DNA of 42,448 bases from the IMG/VR virus record IMGVR_UViG_3300011466_000001, positions 1 through 42,448 of that record; one strand, written 5' to 3'. Numbering within the stretch: position 1 is the stretch's first letter; each line of letters begins with the position of its first letter. This document shows, one piece after another, positions 1 to 9,554 of the stretch. Position numbers and translations under genes: made by a program. Below the pieces are notes generated by a model. The model did not search any database, had not been told where the DNA came from, and worked only from the letters and a program-made list of their open reading frames with translations. Source of the stretch: a virus.

Positions 1-79
1 GGACTTGTATCATGATTTCCTCAAGTGTCATTCCCCAATACTCTGTAGAGGGGATTCCTGCTTCAACGGCTTGCGGGTA
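1..79. repeat. Terminal direct repeat copy 1 (identical to 42370..42448)
   Basis: ggacttgtatcatgatttcctcaagtgtcattcccc...ttgcgggta is present at both window ends. It lies inside the tail-chaperone coding region. Confidence 0.95.
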
Positions 80-117
80 CATGTATTCAAGCATTTCGGA
101 AAGATTATCAAAGTTTT

Positions 118-525
118 TTACAGAAGACTGTCTTCGCTGTTCGTTTGATCCAAAGATTCCCCATCTGTCGCTTCGTTCGCCGTTTCTTTCTTTCCGAAAA
201 AACCAGCTTCATCCAAGAAGTCGTTGATTTCCCCAAATAGATCCATCGTTGTTTTACCAGATTCGATATATTGCTCAAAAGCTTCAGTAATCACTTTATC
301 TGTCACACCGCTTGTTTTATTGGCGCCTTGTAAGATAATCAATAGACTGTTGGCTGGTGGTAATTTGATTTCGCCTTGTTTTTTAACAAAAAGACCCATG
401 ATCCCTTCATCCAACCGTTTTTCGATTGCTAAAATCGATTTACCGTCTAAACGAAGTTGTAAAGTTAAGTCTCCTAATTGAAATGATTTAGTGTTTGGCA
501 TTTGTACTACGTTGTTTTTTGACAT
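118..525 (-). CDS. Tail assembly chaperone, zero-frame product (gpG-like)
   Basis: 135-aa acidic ORF between the major tail gene and the tape measure gene. SD aggaggaaac lies upstream of the ATG. A slippery site near its 3' end opens the -1 frame. Confidence 0.7.
   Translation of the reverse strand: MSKNNVVQMPNTKSFQLGDLTLQLRLDGKSILAIEKRLDEGIMGLFVKKQGEIKLPPANSLLIILQGANKTSGVTDKVITEAFEQYIESGKTTMDLFGEINDFLDEAGFFGKKETANEATDGESLDQTNSEDSLL
196..202 (-). promoter_or_regulatory. -1 programmed ribosomal frameshift slippery heptamer (U UUU UUC)
   Basis: The zero frame reads GGU UUU UUC (G F F). The -1 frame is open from 208 down through 80, across the circular junction, to the stop of ORF 42089..42400. 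Confidence 0.6.
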
Positions 526-544
526 GTATGTTTCCTCCTAAGTT

Positions 545-581
545 ATAAAAAATAGAGACCAAGGATTATTCCTCAGTCTCC
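545..581 (-). terminator. Intrinsic terminator after the major tail gene
   Basis: Minus strand: GAGAC..AGGA-uaau-UCCU..GUCUC interrupted hairpin followed by UAUUUUUUAU. Confidence 0.6.
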
Positions 582-621
582 GATTCGTTTGCGTTATCTT
601 CCTCAGTAATATTGAGGGTTG

Positions 622-1041
622 TTACGCCCCCGGCGCTGGTGCCGGAGTGATATCTGGGCCATCGCTCACAACGATAGCTAAGTTAAATCCAATTGCTTGG
701 TTAACTTCTGCTCCGTCAAATTTGTAATAAGGTTCGCCAGTGAATTCGGCTTTCAATCCGTCTGGGTAAGTGATTGTCCAAGTAACGGACTTATCAGCTT
801 CAACCAACGAATGGATATCGCGGAAGTTGTCCCCTTGATAAACGATTGCAAATTCAAAGTTATCTACGTCCTCAATACCCTTGATATAAGCTTTCTTTTC
901 TGATCCCAAGTGTGTAACGTCCACTTTCTCTGGATCACTACCCAATGCTGGGATAGATTTAACTGCTGCTACAGTTTTAGTTGTTTCGCCATCTTTATAA
1001 GTTAAGACAGTGCCTTTTGATAATAGTCCTGCAAAATCCAT
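622..1041 (-). CDS. Major tail protein
   Basis: 139 aa. Position is directly upstream of the G/GT chaperone. The sequence resembles small Gram-positive siphovirus major tail proteins (KGTVLTYKDG..VDVTHLGS). Confidence 0.7.
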   Translation of the reverse strand: MDFAGLLSKGTVLTYKDGETTKTVAAVKSIPALGSDPEKVDVTHLGSEKKAYIKGIEDVDNFEFAIVYQGDNFRDIHSLVEADKSVTWTITYPDGLKAEFTGEPYYKFDGAEVNQAIGFNLAIVVSDGPDITPAPAPGA

Positions 1042-1053
1042 GTGTAATTCCTC

Positions 1054-1419
1054 CTATTTTTTGAATACATATTTTGTATAGTTGTCAACAACCGCTGTTA
1101 CTTCAACGATGATTCGCTTTAGATCAGCCGTGTTAGCATCCTTGGCGGTACCAGAAAAACCAATAGTACCGAATGTGCTTAAAACACTTTCAGCAATACT
1201 GGTCTGGCTTTTGTCTCCGTATAATTCAACCGTGATTGTCCAATCTGTTTGTAACTCATTTCCTAACGAATCAATTTGATGTGGCTTGTTGGCCGTTCGG
1301 TAGATAGCTAATGGGAAAGTATTCCAAGTTGAAGGATAATCGGTTGCAATCTTCTTGATAGCAGTAACGGCTTGTAAAACTTCAACAGTCACTGTCTTCA
1401 TATTCACACGTTCCATCAC
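1054..1419 (-). CDS. Tail completion / tail-terminator-position protein
   Basis: 121-aa ORF. ATGA overlap with the upstream gene. Call rests on synteny between the gp10-like gene and the major tail gene. Confidence 0.45.
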   Translation of the reverse strand: MMERVNMKTVTVEVLQAVTAIKKIATDYPSTWNTFPLAIYRTANKPHQIDSLGNELQTDWTITVELYGDKSQTSIAESVLSTFGTIGFSGTAKDANTADLKRIIVEVTAVVDNYTKYVFKK

Positions 1420-1967
1420 TTCAACTCCTTTAACTTGCGTTGTACATGCTCTTTGTAGATTTCTGGTGCTTCACCAATCAAATCCACTAAAGACGGATAC
1501 AAGAACGGTCGTGCTGGCTGTCCTTTGGTAATGTAGAAGTCTGTACCTTGAACAGTCACACGAGGAATACCGTATATAGCTTCTAAATCGACCGCAACAT
1601 CTTTTGCTGGGATAAACCATGCTGTTTGCGAATACACCGGTGTAATTCCGTCTGGCAAATCTTTAGGACTAGCTTCACCGACTGGACCGGTCCCGAATTC
1701 TCGAAACATAGCCTGTTGCTTATCCGACCACACGCGCCCAACAATTTGATTTTGTGCATTAATCACGACTTCGTTTTTCAAACTACCCAACAATTCACCA
1801 CTAGAATATTTCATGCTAGACGACAATCGCAATTCAGCAGCTTGTTTGATCAACTCAGTGATTTCAAAAGTTGCATCCCACATCGCATCATCTAAGATTT
1901 GCGGTATTGCTTTGACTTTTCGCCGTAAACTTTCAAGGCCTTTGATTTCAACTCCCACGATTATCAT
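1416..1967 (-). CDS. HK97 gp10-like head-tail joining protein
   Basis: 183 aa. The N-terminus (GLESLRRKVKAIPQILDDAM) is typical of the HK97-gp10 family. Synteny supports the call. Confidence 0.6.
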   Translation of the reverse strand: MIIVGVEIKGLESLRRKVKAIPQILDDAMWDATFEITELIKQAAELRLSSSMKYSSGELLGSLKNEVVINAQNQIVGRVWSDKQQAMFREFGTGPVGEASPKDLPDGITPVYSQTAWFIPAKDVAVDLEAIYGIPRVTVQGTDFYITKGQPARPFLYPSLVDLIGEAPEIYKEHVQRKLKELK

Positions 1968-2298
1968 TCCTTTCTAGCATAATGTTCTTGTGCGTCGAAA
2001 ATGTCTGGATAGATTTGATCGTGAAGTCTGGTTCCTCATCTTTACCAACGTAGACGCAAATGCCGTCTAGTTCATTCTGTGACTCGCTAATCTTGTCGCC
2101 TTGGTATTTGCATGCTTTCATTGTTTCAAGCTTGCTACCGTAGATTTGAGCGTTTACTGTACCGCTTGCTGCTTGAACATTCATCCGTAATTCAATCGGA
2201 TCATATGGGTAAGTGATTATTTCTTCTGCTTCTTCGTCAAGGGTAACTTTTCGCTTTTTTAGATAGACTGTTTGTAGGTTATTCTTCAGTAGGCGCAT
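1948..2298 (-). CDS. Head closure / head-tail adaptor protein
   Basis: 116-aa ORF in the head-tail joining block. It overlaps both neighbouring genes. Confidence 0.5.
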   Translation of the reverse strand: MRLLKNNLQTVYLKKRKVTLDEEAEEIITYPYDPIELRMNVQAASGTVNAQIYGSKLETMKACKYQGDKISESQNELDGICVYVGKDEEPDFTIKSIQTFSTHKNIMLERNDNRGS

Positions 2299-2605
2299 AG
2301 TAACTCACAACCTTCCCCTTTCGGAATCTGTTCAAGCCACGTTGAATAGAGACTGGAATGTCGGTCAAGAAAGACTGCGACACGCCGCCTTCAGACCTTG
2401 AAGCTTCACCTTCAGCGCCCTGTTGGTTGTATGCGATTGTTGCAAGTTGTCTTGCATATACCCACATACTGTCGATCATTTCCTGACGACCAGTATAATC
2501 AAGGACGAGTGCGACAGCGTCCTCGATCAATACTGTTGCTGAGATAGGAGATATCTCCAATTGCTCAGCTAGTACTGAAATAACTTCATCTCGTTTCTCG
2601 TCCAT
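2279..2605 (-). CDS. Head-tail connector (gp6-like) protein
   Basis: Start moved to the ATG at 2605, which has SD AAGGAG 7 nt upstream and follows the capsid stop directly. The longer ORF version overlaps the capsid gene. Confidence 0.55.
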   Translation of the reverse strand: MDEKRDEVISVLAEQLEISPISATVLIEDAVALVLDYTGRQEMIDSMWVYARQLATIAYNQQGAEGEASRSEGGVSQSFLTDIPVSIQRGLNRFRKGKVVSYYAPTEE

Positions 2606-2616
2606 GATTTCACTCC

Positions 2617-3651
2617 TTATTCGCCAGTCCCACCAGCGATCGTAGTAGTCGGTGTCCATAATTTATGCTTGAATTGAACGATACGAACATTTTTAGATTC
2701 GTATACACGTTCCCAGTTACCGCCGGTAGATAATTCAGCGTTTGTTGGAGAAGAGCCAGCAACAGATTTGCTAGTGAATTTAACTCCACGAGGATGCAAC
2801 AAGAAATGTTGACGGTTAACCAAGATATCATCGCCAGCTAATGCGTCACGATCTGTTTCTGTTGGAACTGGAGCAGCACCATTACCTAAACCGATAGCCC
2901 CTTGGCCAAAGATGTAAGATGTGAACACGCCACCAGCGTTAGGCATACCGTCATCAACGATCACTCGTTTACCCATGTAAGTCGGGATTTTCGTGTTGTT
3001 TGAATCTAGCAAGAACTCAATCAAGTTTTGCTTACGCAAGTTAGCATATACAGACGAGTGAACAGCAATTGCAGTCAGTTTTTCTTCTGCATCACCCAAT
3101 TTGTATGAAGCATCCAAGAATGTTTCACCAGTGAACGCTGCATCGTTACCTGTTAAAGCAGAAATATCTAAGCTATTGTCGCCCATTTTAGTAGTTGTGG
3201 CACCAAACACACCTTTTAAGACGCTCAACAAAGTAGCTTGTTGACGGCGTGCCCAGTATGCTGCAACCAAATCACCAATAGCACGCATAGGATCGTCACC
3301 AGACAACGCTTTAGATAAATCATTAACTTTCCAAGCTTTACCACGCATCAAGAGAGCAGCGACGTCTTGGCTTGCAACGATTTTATCTGTTGCCAATGAA
3401 TCTGTATCAGATAGCACTTCATCGTCACCTGTTAAATCTTGCCAAAACGGCATGTTGATCAACTTACCACCAGCAGTAGCCAAAGCATCTAATTCTGGGT
3501 CTTTCACAACGATTCCTGATTGATACAACGCTGATAATTCAGCAGTACGTTCAATAACGTAACGATTGAAGACTTCTGGTACAATAACATCTTCGATTTT
3601 TGTTTTAGCAGCAAAATACTGCAAGTTCATTTTCAATAAACTTTTTTTCAT
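2617..3651 (-). CDS. Major capsid protein
   Basis: 344 aa. The N-terminus KMNLQYFA mirrors the scaffold N-terminus. Its position after the scaffold gene fits. The ATG at 3651 is preceded by GGGAG. Confidence 0.8.
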   Translation of the reverse strand: MKKSLLKMNLQYFAAKTKIEDVIVPEVFNRYVIERTAELSALYQSGIVVKDPELDALATAGGKLINMPFWQDLTGDDEVLSDTDSLATDKIVASQDVAALLMRGKAWKVNDLSKALSGDDPMRAIGDLVAAYWARRQQATLLSVLKGVFGATTTKMGDNSLDISALTGNDAAFTGETFLDASYKLGDAEEKLTAIAVHSSVYANLRKQNLIEFLLDSNNTKIPTYMGKRVIVDDGMPNAGGVFTSYIFGQGAIGLGNGAAPVPTETDRDALAGDDILVNRQHFLLHPRGVKFTSKSVAGSSPTNAELSTGGNWERVYESKNVRIVQFKHKLWTPTTTIAGGTGE

Positions 3652-3666
3652 TTTTTCTCCCACTTT

Positions 3667-4317
3667 CTATTTATTCGCTAATGCCTGTAAGGCTTTTGCT
3701 TTTTCTGGATCTTCTCGCAGTAATCTTCCCTGCTCAGTAAGGTTTAAGGTTTCCGCAGCAAACGGATTAGTGTCAGGCAAAGTTGTATTAGAACCTAGTG
3801 GTGAATCAACTGAATTCAATAGCGCTTGATCAACAGCAACTTTTAGCGCTTCATCCCATGCTTTCTTGAATGTTTTGACATCTTCCAAAATTTCTTCTGC
3901 AGTGTCACCCTTGATACGTGCCGCTAACTCTTTGCTGATTCCGATCGACTGTAATTGATTGCCTTTTTCTACGAATAGCTGTTCTTGTCGAAAAGCTTCT
4001 TTTTCCTTTTCGAAGGCAGTCTTTTCTTTGTTTAGCAATTCTTTCTGTCGTTCTTCCTCGCTTAGCTTGGCCAAACGTGCAGCTTCATTCTTTTCTTCCT
4101 CGAATTCTTTCTGCCAGCGTGACTTTTTGCTTTTGACAATAGAGTCAACTTCTTTGTCGTCCTTGAAACCAAACTTCTCTTTGATTGCTGCAATCTCTTC
4201 GTCGCTCAACTCTTCTACATTAATCTGTTTTGATGTCTCAGGATCATCCGGAGTATCTGGTTCATCTTTTTCAGCAAAGAATTGTAGGTTAAGCGGCAAC
4301 AGTTTTTTGTGTTTCAT
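3667..4317 (-). CDS. Capsid scaffolding protein
   Basis: Coiled-coil protein rich in E and K. The N-terminal LPLNLQFFAE motif is typical of DUF4355-type scaffolds. SD GGAAGGAG lies before the ATG at 4317. Confidence 0.75.
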   Translation of the reverse strand: MKHKKLLPLNLQFFAEKDEPDTPDDPETSKQINVEELSDEEIAAIKEKFGFKDDKEVDSIVKSKKSRWQKEFEEEKNEAARLAKLSEEERQKELLNKEKTAFEKEKEAFRQEQLFVEKGNQLQSIGISKELAARIKGDTAEEILEDVKTFKKAWDEALKVAVDQALLNSVDSPLGSNTTLPDTNPFAAETLNLTEQGRLLREDPEKAKALQALANK

Positions 4318-4395
4318 GTTTTGTACTCCTTCCATATCTTTTAGAGTGGATAAATGCTTGCACTTCCGATGCTTTTAATGTCATCACGCTTGGAC

Positions 4396-4424
4396 ATAAT
4401 AAAAAGCCTAGCAACTGCTAGACT
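4396..4424 (-). terminator. Intrinsic terminator upstream of the scaffold gene
   Basis: Minus strand: AGUCUAGC-aguu-GCUAGGCU 8-bp stem followed by UUUUAUUAU. Confidence 0.55.
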
Positions 4425-4429
4425 TCTGA

Positions 4430-4693
4430 TTAATAAGGAACACGAATATTTTCTTGTTTTTTGTATACATCCAAATACATTTCATTCTTATCCCCGTTGT
4501 TAGTTACTTCAAAATAGAGCCCATCACCAGAGCGACTAGTTGATAAGAGCGCCTTGTTGTTTTGTAACGCTTTTACTAGCCAAACCACGTACAACTCTTC
4601 CTCTTTTAGTGGTGGATGTAGCGATCCCTTTCGTTCGTTAAACGCCTTGACGATTGCATTTTTTGCTGCCGTTACAAATTCTTGATCTCCCAT
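4430..4693 (-). CDS. Hypothetical protein (head module)
   Basis: 87-aa ORF starting at the ATG at 4693, with AGAAAGGA upstream. Confidence 0.5.
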   Translation of the reverse strand: MGDQEFVTAAKNAIVKAFNERKGSLHPPLKEEELYVVWLVKALQNNKALLSTSRSGDGLYFEVTNNGDKNEMYLDVYKKQENIRVPY

Positions 4694-4728
4694 TTTACAC
4701 AATCCTTTCTTTTTTAAGTAACTTCTAA

Positions 4729-4959
4729 CTAGACTTCCGTTTCTTGAATCAATTGTTGTTTTGCAATCTCAACCATGCCGATAACCTGAGTTGAACTTAG
4801 TTGAGTGTAAAAGGTGTTGATAAAACCATCTTTATCCATGCCTACAACTATAATGCTGTCAGCGTCTTTGAAGAATTCTTTCGATTTGTCCATAAACTCT
4901 TCGTTGCTAACACCACGCTCTTTCTTGCGTTTCATCTCTCTGAAATCCAAGTGATTCAC
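4729..4959 (-). CDS. Hypothetical protein
   Basis: 76-aa ORF. Its GTG start overlaps the stop of the upstream gene (GTGA). Confidence 0.45.
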   Translation of the reverse strand: MNHLDFREMKRKKERGVSNEEFMDKSKEFFKDADSIIVVGMDKDGFINTFYTQLSSTQVIGMVEIAKQQLIQETEV

Positions 4960-6098
4960 ACTCCCGTTATTTTTCTTTTCTGTTCCCTTATTTCTTCATC
5001 TGAATACTTTTCTTTCAGCTTATCCATCCATTCGTTATAGGTAGTGTCACCTCTAATTGGAATGACTTTACCGCTGATAGGGTCTAGTGCGTTTCTAGGT
5101 AGCTTCAGCGTTCGTTTACTGTACATAACAGCTATTGTTCTGCAAAAAGGGTGGAACGGCGGATACGTACCGCTAGCACCATTTACTTTAGCTTCAGAAA
5201 CTGAATATATTTTATGATCTTTACCTTTGCAGATTTCAGATGTCCGCAAGTCCAGCACAGCAACAAGCATGTACTCTTTTACGCCGTTGTCTTGCCACGC
5301 TTTGAGCTTTGCTTGATTAGCCATGTAATTAGCTTCCGTCCGAATCAAGCGCCTAGCAACACCAATAGAGCGGTCAAACTCATTAGCTATTGCCTTAGCC
5401 ATCTCAAACTCAGACATGCCAGTCATAGACTCAACAGTGAATAGTTCTTCTAACCTTGCTGCTAAAGCTTCAGTATCGCCCCATATCCGTTTAGAATAAT
5501 TCGATCCATGCCAGTGGCTATCAAGGATGTTCTTTGTATACCTGGTCGATAGTTCCTTAAACTGATAATCCTTCTTATTCCATACCTCAATGACTACGCC
5601 ATTCTTGGCATTCTCTTGCGCCTTTCGGATGACTGATTCAGCCGTTGCCTCACGATATGACTCATGAATAGCATCTACATAGAACTCTGTCTGCTTTTCT
5701 AACTGAACATCTGCAATTTGCTTAGAAACTAGAAAAGACTTGGCTTTCAAGTCTTCTGCACGAGTGATACGCTCTTTAAATGCTAATGCTTGCAATCTGT
5801 TTTTTGCTGCAACTTGTAACTCTGGATCTTTGATCTGTTTGGCTAATTTCTTTAATTCAGTAAGTTCATCGATTGATGTCGTTTCGTTGAGTATCCGTTT
5901 TGTCTCTTCTTCAGATAGTCCAGAACGCTGCTGAGAACGGGCGAATAGCTTCCGGACTTTTTCAGTTAAGTAGGATTGAGCTTGGCGGTAGGCTTTTGCT
6001 ACAACTTCCTCAACCTTAATAGCGCCATCGTTTATTTTTTTCTCGGCATCAATGTCCCGTCGTTCCCAGTAAGATAGCTTTCGTTTCTTTTGAGCCAT
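4956..6098 (-). CDS. Minor head protein (SPP1 gp7 / Mu F-like head morphogenesis)
   Basis: 380 aa, located directly after the portal region. The C-terminal block (LVAVLDLRTSEICKGKDHKIY..PPFHPFCRT) is typical of the Phage_Mu_F family. Confidence 0.75.
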   Translation of the reverse strand: MAQKKRKLSYWERRDIDAEKKINDGAIKVEEVVAKAYRQAQSYLTEKVRKLFARSQQRSGLSEEETKRILNETTSIDELTELKKLAKQIKDPELQVAAKNRLQALAFKERITRAEDLKAKSFLVSKQIADVQLEKQTEFYVDAIHESYREATAESVIRKAQENAKNGVVIEVWNKKDYQFKELSTRYTKNILDSHWHGSNYSKRIWGDTEALAARLEELFTVESMTGMSEFEMAKAIANEFDRSIGVARRLIRTEANYMANQAKLKAWQDNGVKEYMLVAVLDLRTSEICKGKDHKIYSVSEAKVNGASGTYPPFHPFCRTIAVMYSKRTLKLPRNALDPISGKVIPIRGDTTYNEWMDKLKEKYSDEEIREQKRKITGV

Positions 6099-6110
6099 TT
6101 AATCAGCTCC

Positions 6111-6362
6111 TCAATCCTCTACAAGTTCATAAGTTTCGTGAAAAATGTCAGGTTTGCAAGGATAGAATTCACCCGCAACACCTTTAATAATATAATCCCC
6201 TGAACTGATTTTCATATCTCCCTCTAAGGTTCTGATGTAATAGGTATCCGTTAATGGATCATAGATAAGCCCTTCATCACCAGTAAATTCTTTTATTTCT
6301 TTCATGTTTTCAACTGTAGCTACTATTGCTTCAACCACTACTGGTTTCTTCCTAGCTTTCAT
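6111..6362 (-). CDS. Hypothetical small protein
   Basis: 83 aa starting at the ATG at 6362, with SD GAGGAGG upstream. The longer ORF version overlaps the portal 3' end. Confidence 0.5.
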   Translation of the reverse strand: MKARKKPVVVEAIVATVENMKEIKEFTGDEGLIYDPLTDTYYIRTLEGDMKISSGDYIIKGVAGEFYPCKPDIFHETYELVED

Positions 6363-7770
6363 CCTCTTCGTCCTCCTCTGGCTCATCATCCAAATCAGAA
6401 TGACTATCTTCAGCTTGAACACCTAATGCTTTCTGGTTCATTGCAATAGCTTCCTCTTTTTCAAGGTGCAACTGTTTCAACACCTCGTCCACATCGTCAA
6501 TATCTGGCAACCATCCTAGAAGAACTTTAAGCGGTAAGATGCCAGCTTGGTAAGCACTGACGATTTGATTAATGATATCGCTAGTGTTTACAGGTAAATT
6601 AGGCTTAAGTTTGATCTTCGTTCCTTGCGCATCAATTGAATTGTCTTTGACCTTCAAGATTGTTTCAAACAATTCCATGCGCTTTCTCAAACCTTTAATC
6701 ATATAACGTGATTTAACCGACATAAGCTGAAGCAAGCCAAAGAGTTTGTACTTCATAGCTTCACCAGAAACATTTCCAGAAAACTTCTCATCATTCATAT
6801 CTGGTACATAGGTAATCTTATGGATATCATCAAGGATTGCCGATCGCAATAGATTAACGCCATCTTCATTTAATTCCTTTGTTAAATAATCAGCGTCTAC
6901 TTCGTTAGGTGCTGCTGATGTTTGCAGCATCTTTTCCCTCGCTAACTTCACACCGTCGCCAGCTTCAAGTGTAAACCCACGAATAAAAAGTATTGCGTCA
7001 ACAAATGCTTCTTTGTCGTTTAGTCGATCGGATTGGAGTAGATTGTATGCATCAATCAAAGAAATGGCTTGTTCAAAGTCGCCTTGCTTTTCTTCATTGT
7101 TTCGATACTCAATGACTGGCACTGCTTTGAAGTAATGCGGCTTGGCATCCACTAGTAAGTATTCACCAAATCCTCTTGAACTTGCGTGGTAAGTAATCAC
7201 TCGATTGTCGTTGTAATACTTAACCACATAGTGATCAATGCCGCCTTGCAGCGTTAGTACGGGTTGATAATGAACCGCAAACAAAGGGTTCTTATCTACT
7301 GTATCATCCGTAACTAAGAAGATTCCTCTGGGATCAATACATTTGATTTCTAATTGTGTTCCATCGTTTTCCTTTGTCTTGTTTAGATACACAAGCTCAT
7401 AACCCACACCAAATGTTGATAGGTCTTTCTCCAATTCTGTATCATGAGAAACGATGTCAATCCTGTCGTAAGCATCTAAGATTGGCGATATGTTCTTATC
7501 TGATTCAGATACATAAGAAATCGGATTACCCACCATAAAACCAACGTTCATATCCACTACATATTTCGCATGGTTGATCAACACTTTATTATTTGGCGCT
7601 GCATCATTTTCTTTTTTGCGATTAAGAATGTCGTGCTTACCATCGTAATAATCTGATAGCCTTTCTAGTCTCGCCAATTCCATCATGTGCTGTTGGATAC
7701 AAAAATTAAGTAACTCAGCAGATGGGTTATTTAAGTCACCAGCTATCTGTCTGTTAACTACTATTGCCAC
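6352..7770 (-). CDS. Portal protein (SPP1 gp6-like)
   Basis: 472 aa, directly downstream of TerL, with an acidic C-terminus. GTG start preceded by AGAGAGGTGA. Confidence 0.85.
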   Translation of the reverse strand: MAIVVNRQIAGDLNNPSAELLNFCIQQHMMELARLERLSDYYDGKHDILNRKKENDAAPNNKVLINHAKYVVDMNVGFMVGNPISYVSESDKNISPILDAYDRIDIVSHDTELEKDLSTFGVGYELVYLNKTKENDGTQLEIKCIDPRGIFLVTDDTVDKNPLFAVHYQPVLTLQGGIDHYVVKYYNDNRVITYHASSRGFGEYLLVDAKPHYFKAVPVIEYRNNEEKQGDFEQAISLIDAYNLLQSDRLNDKEAFVDAILFIRGFTLEAGDGVKLAREKMLQTSAAPNEVDADYLTKELNEDGVNLLRSAILDDIHKITYVPDMNDEKFSGNVSGEAMKYKLFGLLQLMSVKSRYMIKGLRKRMELFETILKVKDNSIDAQGTKIKLKPNLPVNTSDIINQIVSAYQAGILPLKVLLGWLPDIDDVDEVLKQLHLEKEEAIAMNQKALGVQAEDSHSDLDDEPEEDEEDES

Positions 7771-7783
7771 AATATCACCTCTC

Positions 7784-9016
7784 TTAAAATCCGAATTTAA
7801 CTTTGCTGACGATTTGAGCCTTTTTGCTTTTCTTCAATTCGTGTGAGTAAATTGCATACCTTAATGCATCAAGAACATCATCAAATTCTTTGATCGGTTC
7901 CCCTTTTCGTTTATCCCAGACATATTGATAAATCTCATTTGGAAACTTCTTAACTTTGTCACGACAGATAAAAAGCTTATCCGCTTTAATCTTCTTAGCA
8001 ACAGATTCAACGCCGCTTAATCTGGCTTTGTCTGCATTGAAAGCTTCGATGCGTTCACGTTTGAACCTTGCAACATGTTCTGGTCTAGCAGAATCACAAT
8101 AAAAAGGTATCCTAGAGCCATATCGCTCTTGAATACCTTTGGCAATTTCTACCCAATAATCAATTTCTTCAAACTGTGTAGCATGTTCTTCTATGAGATA
8201 TGCTGTTCCGTTATCTGTTTCACCTATAACAACAATTGATCCCCAGTGTTCATACCCCCAGTCAACTCCACAATAGAAGGAGGATAACTGAGGGATTTCA
8301 TTTGATTGGACGTAATGCTTACTCGCATCAAAGTCTTGATATACCACACCTTCAGCAGATACCCACAAGCCTCTAATGTCTCTATCCCAAAACATACCGC
8401 TTGGCGTGCTCGCCTTTATATTCTCGCGGTAATCATTGCTTAAAAAGGTATTGTCGTCCAACTCAAAGTGGAATGATTGTATTTTTTCGCTTGCATTGTC
8501 GATATATTCCTTTTTTAGCCAATGTTCTGGATTATCTGGGTTGGTGTCGCCCAATATCCTAGCGCCTGTTCCTGAACAACGAGAAACGATTTCAGCAAAT
8601 ACTTCTTGCTTAGCTAATGAAGCTTCATTGATGTATGCACCATGAGCCGTCATACCACGAATAGCACCAACACCGCCAATGTTTCCAGTATATGCTTGAA
8701 CCACCTTCACGCCGAACAAGACAAAGTTATTATGCTTATCAAACTTCGGTTCAATGTTATACATGTTGTAAAGCTCTTGCAGTATGTTTTTTTGTATCGT
8801 TGAGCTGCTGACACCCGCTAAGATATACATTGGCTCTTTTATGCCTTCTCTATCCGCAATCTTGCGCACTCGTCGCAACTCAAACAAAAATAAGTCATTG
8901 TTTATCTTTGTCTTTCCTGATCGCTTAGCTCCATGCAGCAAAGTAATGAACCAATCTTTCTTTACCGTTTCATTCAGAACTTGAATTTGTTTAGCAGTGT
9001 AAACATCACTAATCAT
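7784..9016 (-). CDS. terL: Terminase large subunit
   Basis: 410 aa. Walker A motif GAKRSGKT near the N-terminus. The nuclease half carries acidic motifs. It overlaps the TerS stop. Confidence 0.85.
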   Translation of the reverse strand: MISDVYTAKQIQVLNETVKKDWFITLLHGAKRSGKTKINNDLFLFELRRVRKIADREGIKEPMYILAGVSSSTIQKNILQELYNMYNIEPKFDKHNNFVLFGVKVVQAYTGNIGGVGAIRGMTAHGAYINEASLAKQEVFAEIVSRCSGTGARILGDTNPDNPEHWLKKEYIDNASEKIQSFHFELDDNTFLSNDYRENIKASTPSGMFWDRDIRGLWVSAEGVVYQDFDASKHYVQSNEIPQLSSFYCGVDWGYEHWGSIVVIGETDNGTAYLIEEHATQFEEIDYWVEIAKGIQERYGSRIPFYCDSARPEHVARFKRERIEAFNADKARLSGVESVAKKIKADKLFICRDKVKKFPNEIYQYVWDKRKGEPIKEFDDVLDALRYAIYSHELKKSKKAQIVSKVKFGF

Positions 9017-9536
9017 TCAATTCACCACTAATCTTCTCTAACAACTCATCCAACTTATCTTCAGTAGTCTGAGCTGTGCCATTTTTGAGAGCTTCAGCTT
9101 TAAGTTTAGATAGTTCTGCGTCTGCCTTAGCTTTCTCCAATTGTACTTGTAACAATGGACTAGCATATTTTAGAAATAGGTCTATTGCTTTTAACCTGTT
9201 TTCCAAATCTGGTGTGTACTCATACGTCATATTCTTAACAACTGCATCACCTTGTAAGTGATCTATCTGCTTGCTATGGCTTTCAATGACTTTGCCGTCG
9301 TATATGTCTAGAAGACTATTTAATTGCGACTGTATATCTATTTCTCGCTTTTCTACAATAGGTCTGACTTTGCTAGCGATATAATTGACGATTTCTAGTT
9401 TTTTCAAGTTTTGCCCGGCAATTCTTCCAGCTGTTTTTTCACTGTACCCAGCTTTAATGGCGGCTTGAGTAGCGTTGCCACCGTTTATAATATATTCATC
9501 TGCAAATGCTATTTGTTTTGGTGTTAACTTAGCCAC
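9009..9536 (-). CDS. terS: Terminase small subunit (Terminase_2-like)
   Basis: The N-terminus KLTPKQIAFADEYIINGGNATQAAIKAGYSEKTA is the hallmark HTH of this family. Confidence 0.8.
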   Translation of the reverse strand: MAKLTPKQIAFADEYIINGGNATQAAIKAGYSEKTAGRIAGQNLKKLEIVNYIASKVRPIVEKREIDIQSQLNSLLDIYDGKVIESHSKQIDHLQGDAVVKNMTYEYTPDLENRLKAIDLFLKYASPLLQVQLEKAKADAELSKLKAEALKNGTAQTTEDKLDELLEKISGELND

Positions 9537-9554
9537 ATCAAGCCCACCGCCTTT

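Noticed and set aside
1-79. Terminal repeat as a physical DTR or cos end
   Set aside because: It falls inside an open reading frame that continues across the junction. The terminase (Terminase_2 small subunit plus PBSX-type large subunit) suggests headful packaging. An assembly overlap of a circular or permuted genome is the simpler explanation.
12-481. Plus-strand ORFs 12..227 and 224..481
   Set aside because: They are antisense to the G/GT chaperone frames, which are supported by synteny and the slippery site.
2610-2831. Nested alternative-frame minus-strand ORFs (2610..2831, 20953..21147, 38082..38282)
   Set aside because: They lie entirely within well-supported longer genes in another frame, have no SD and have no plausible protein features.
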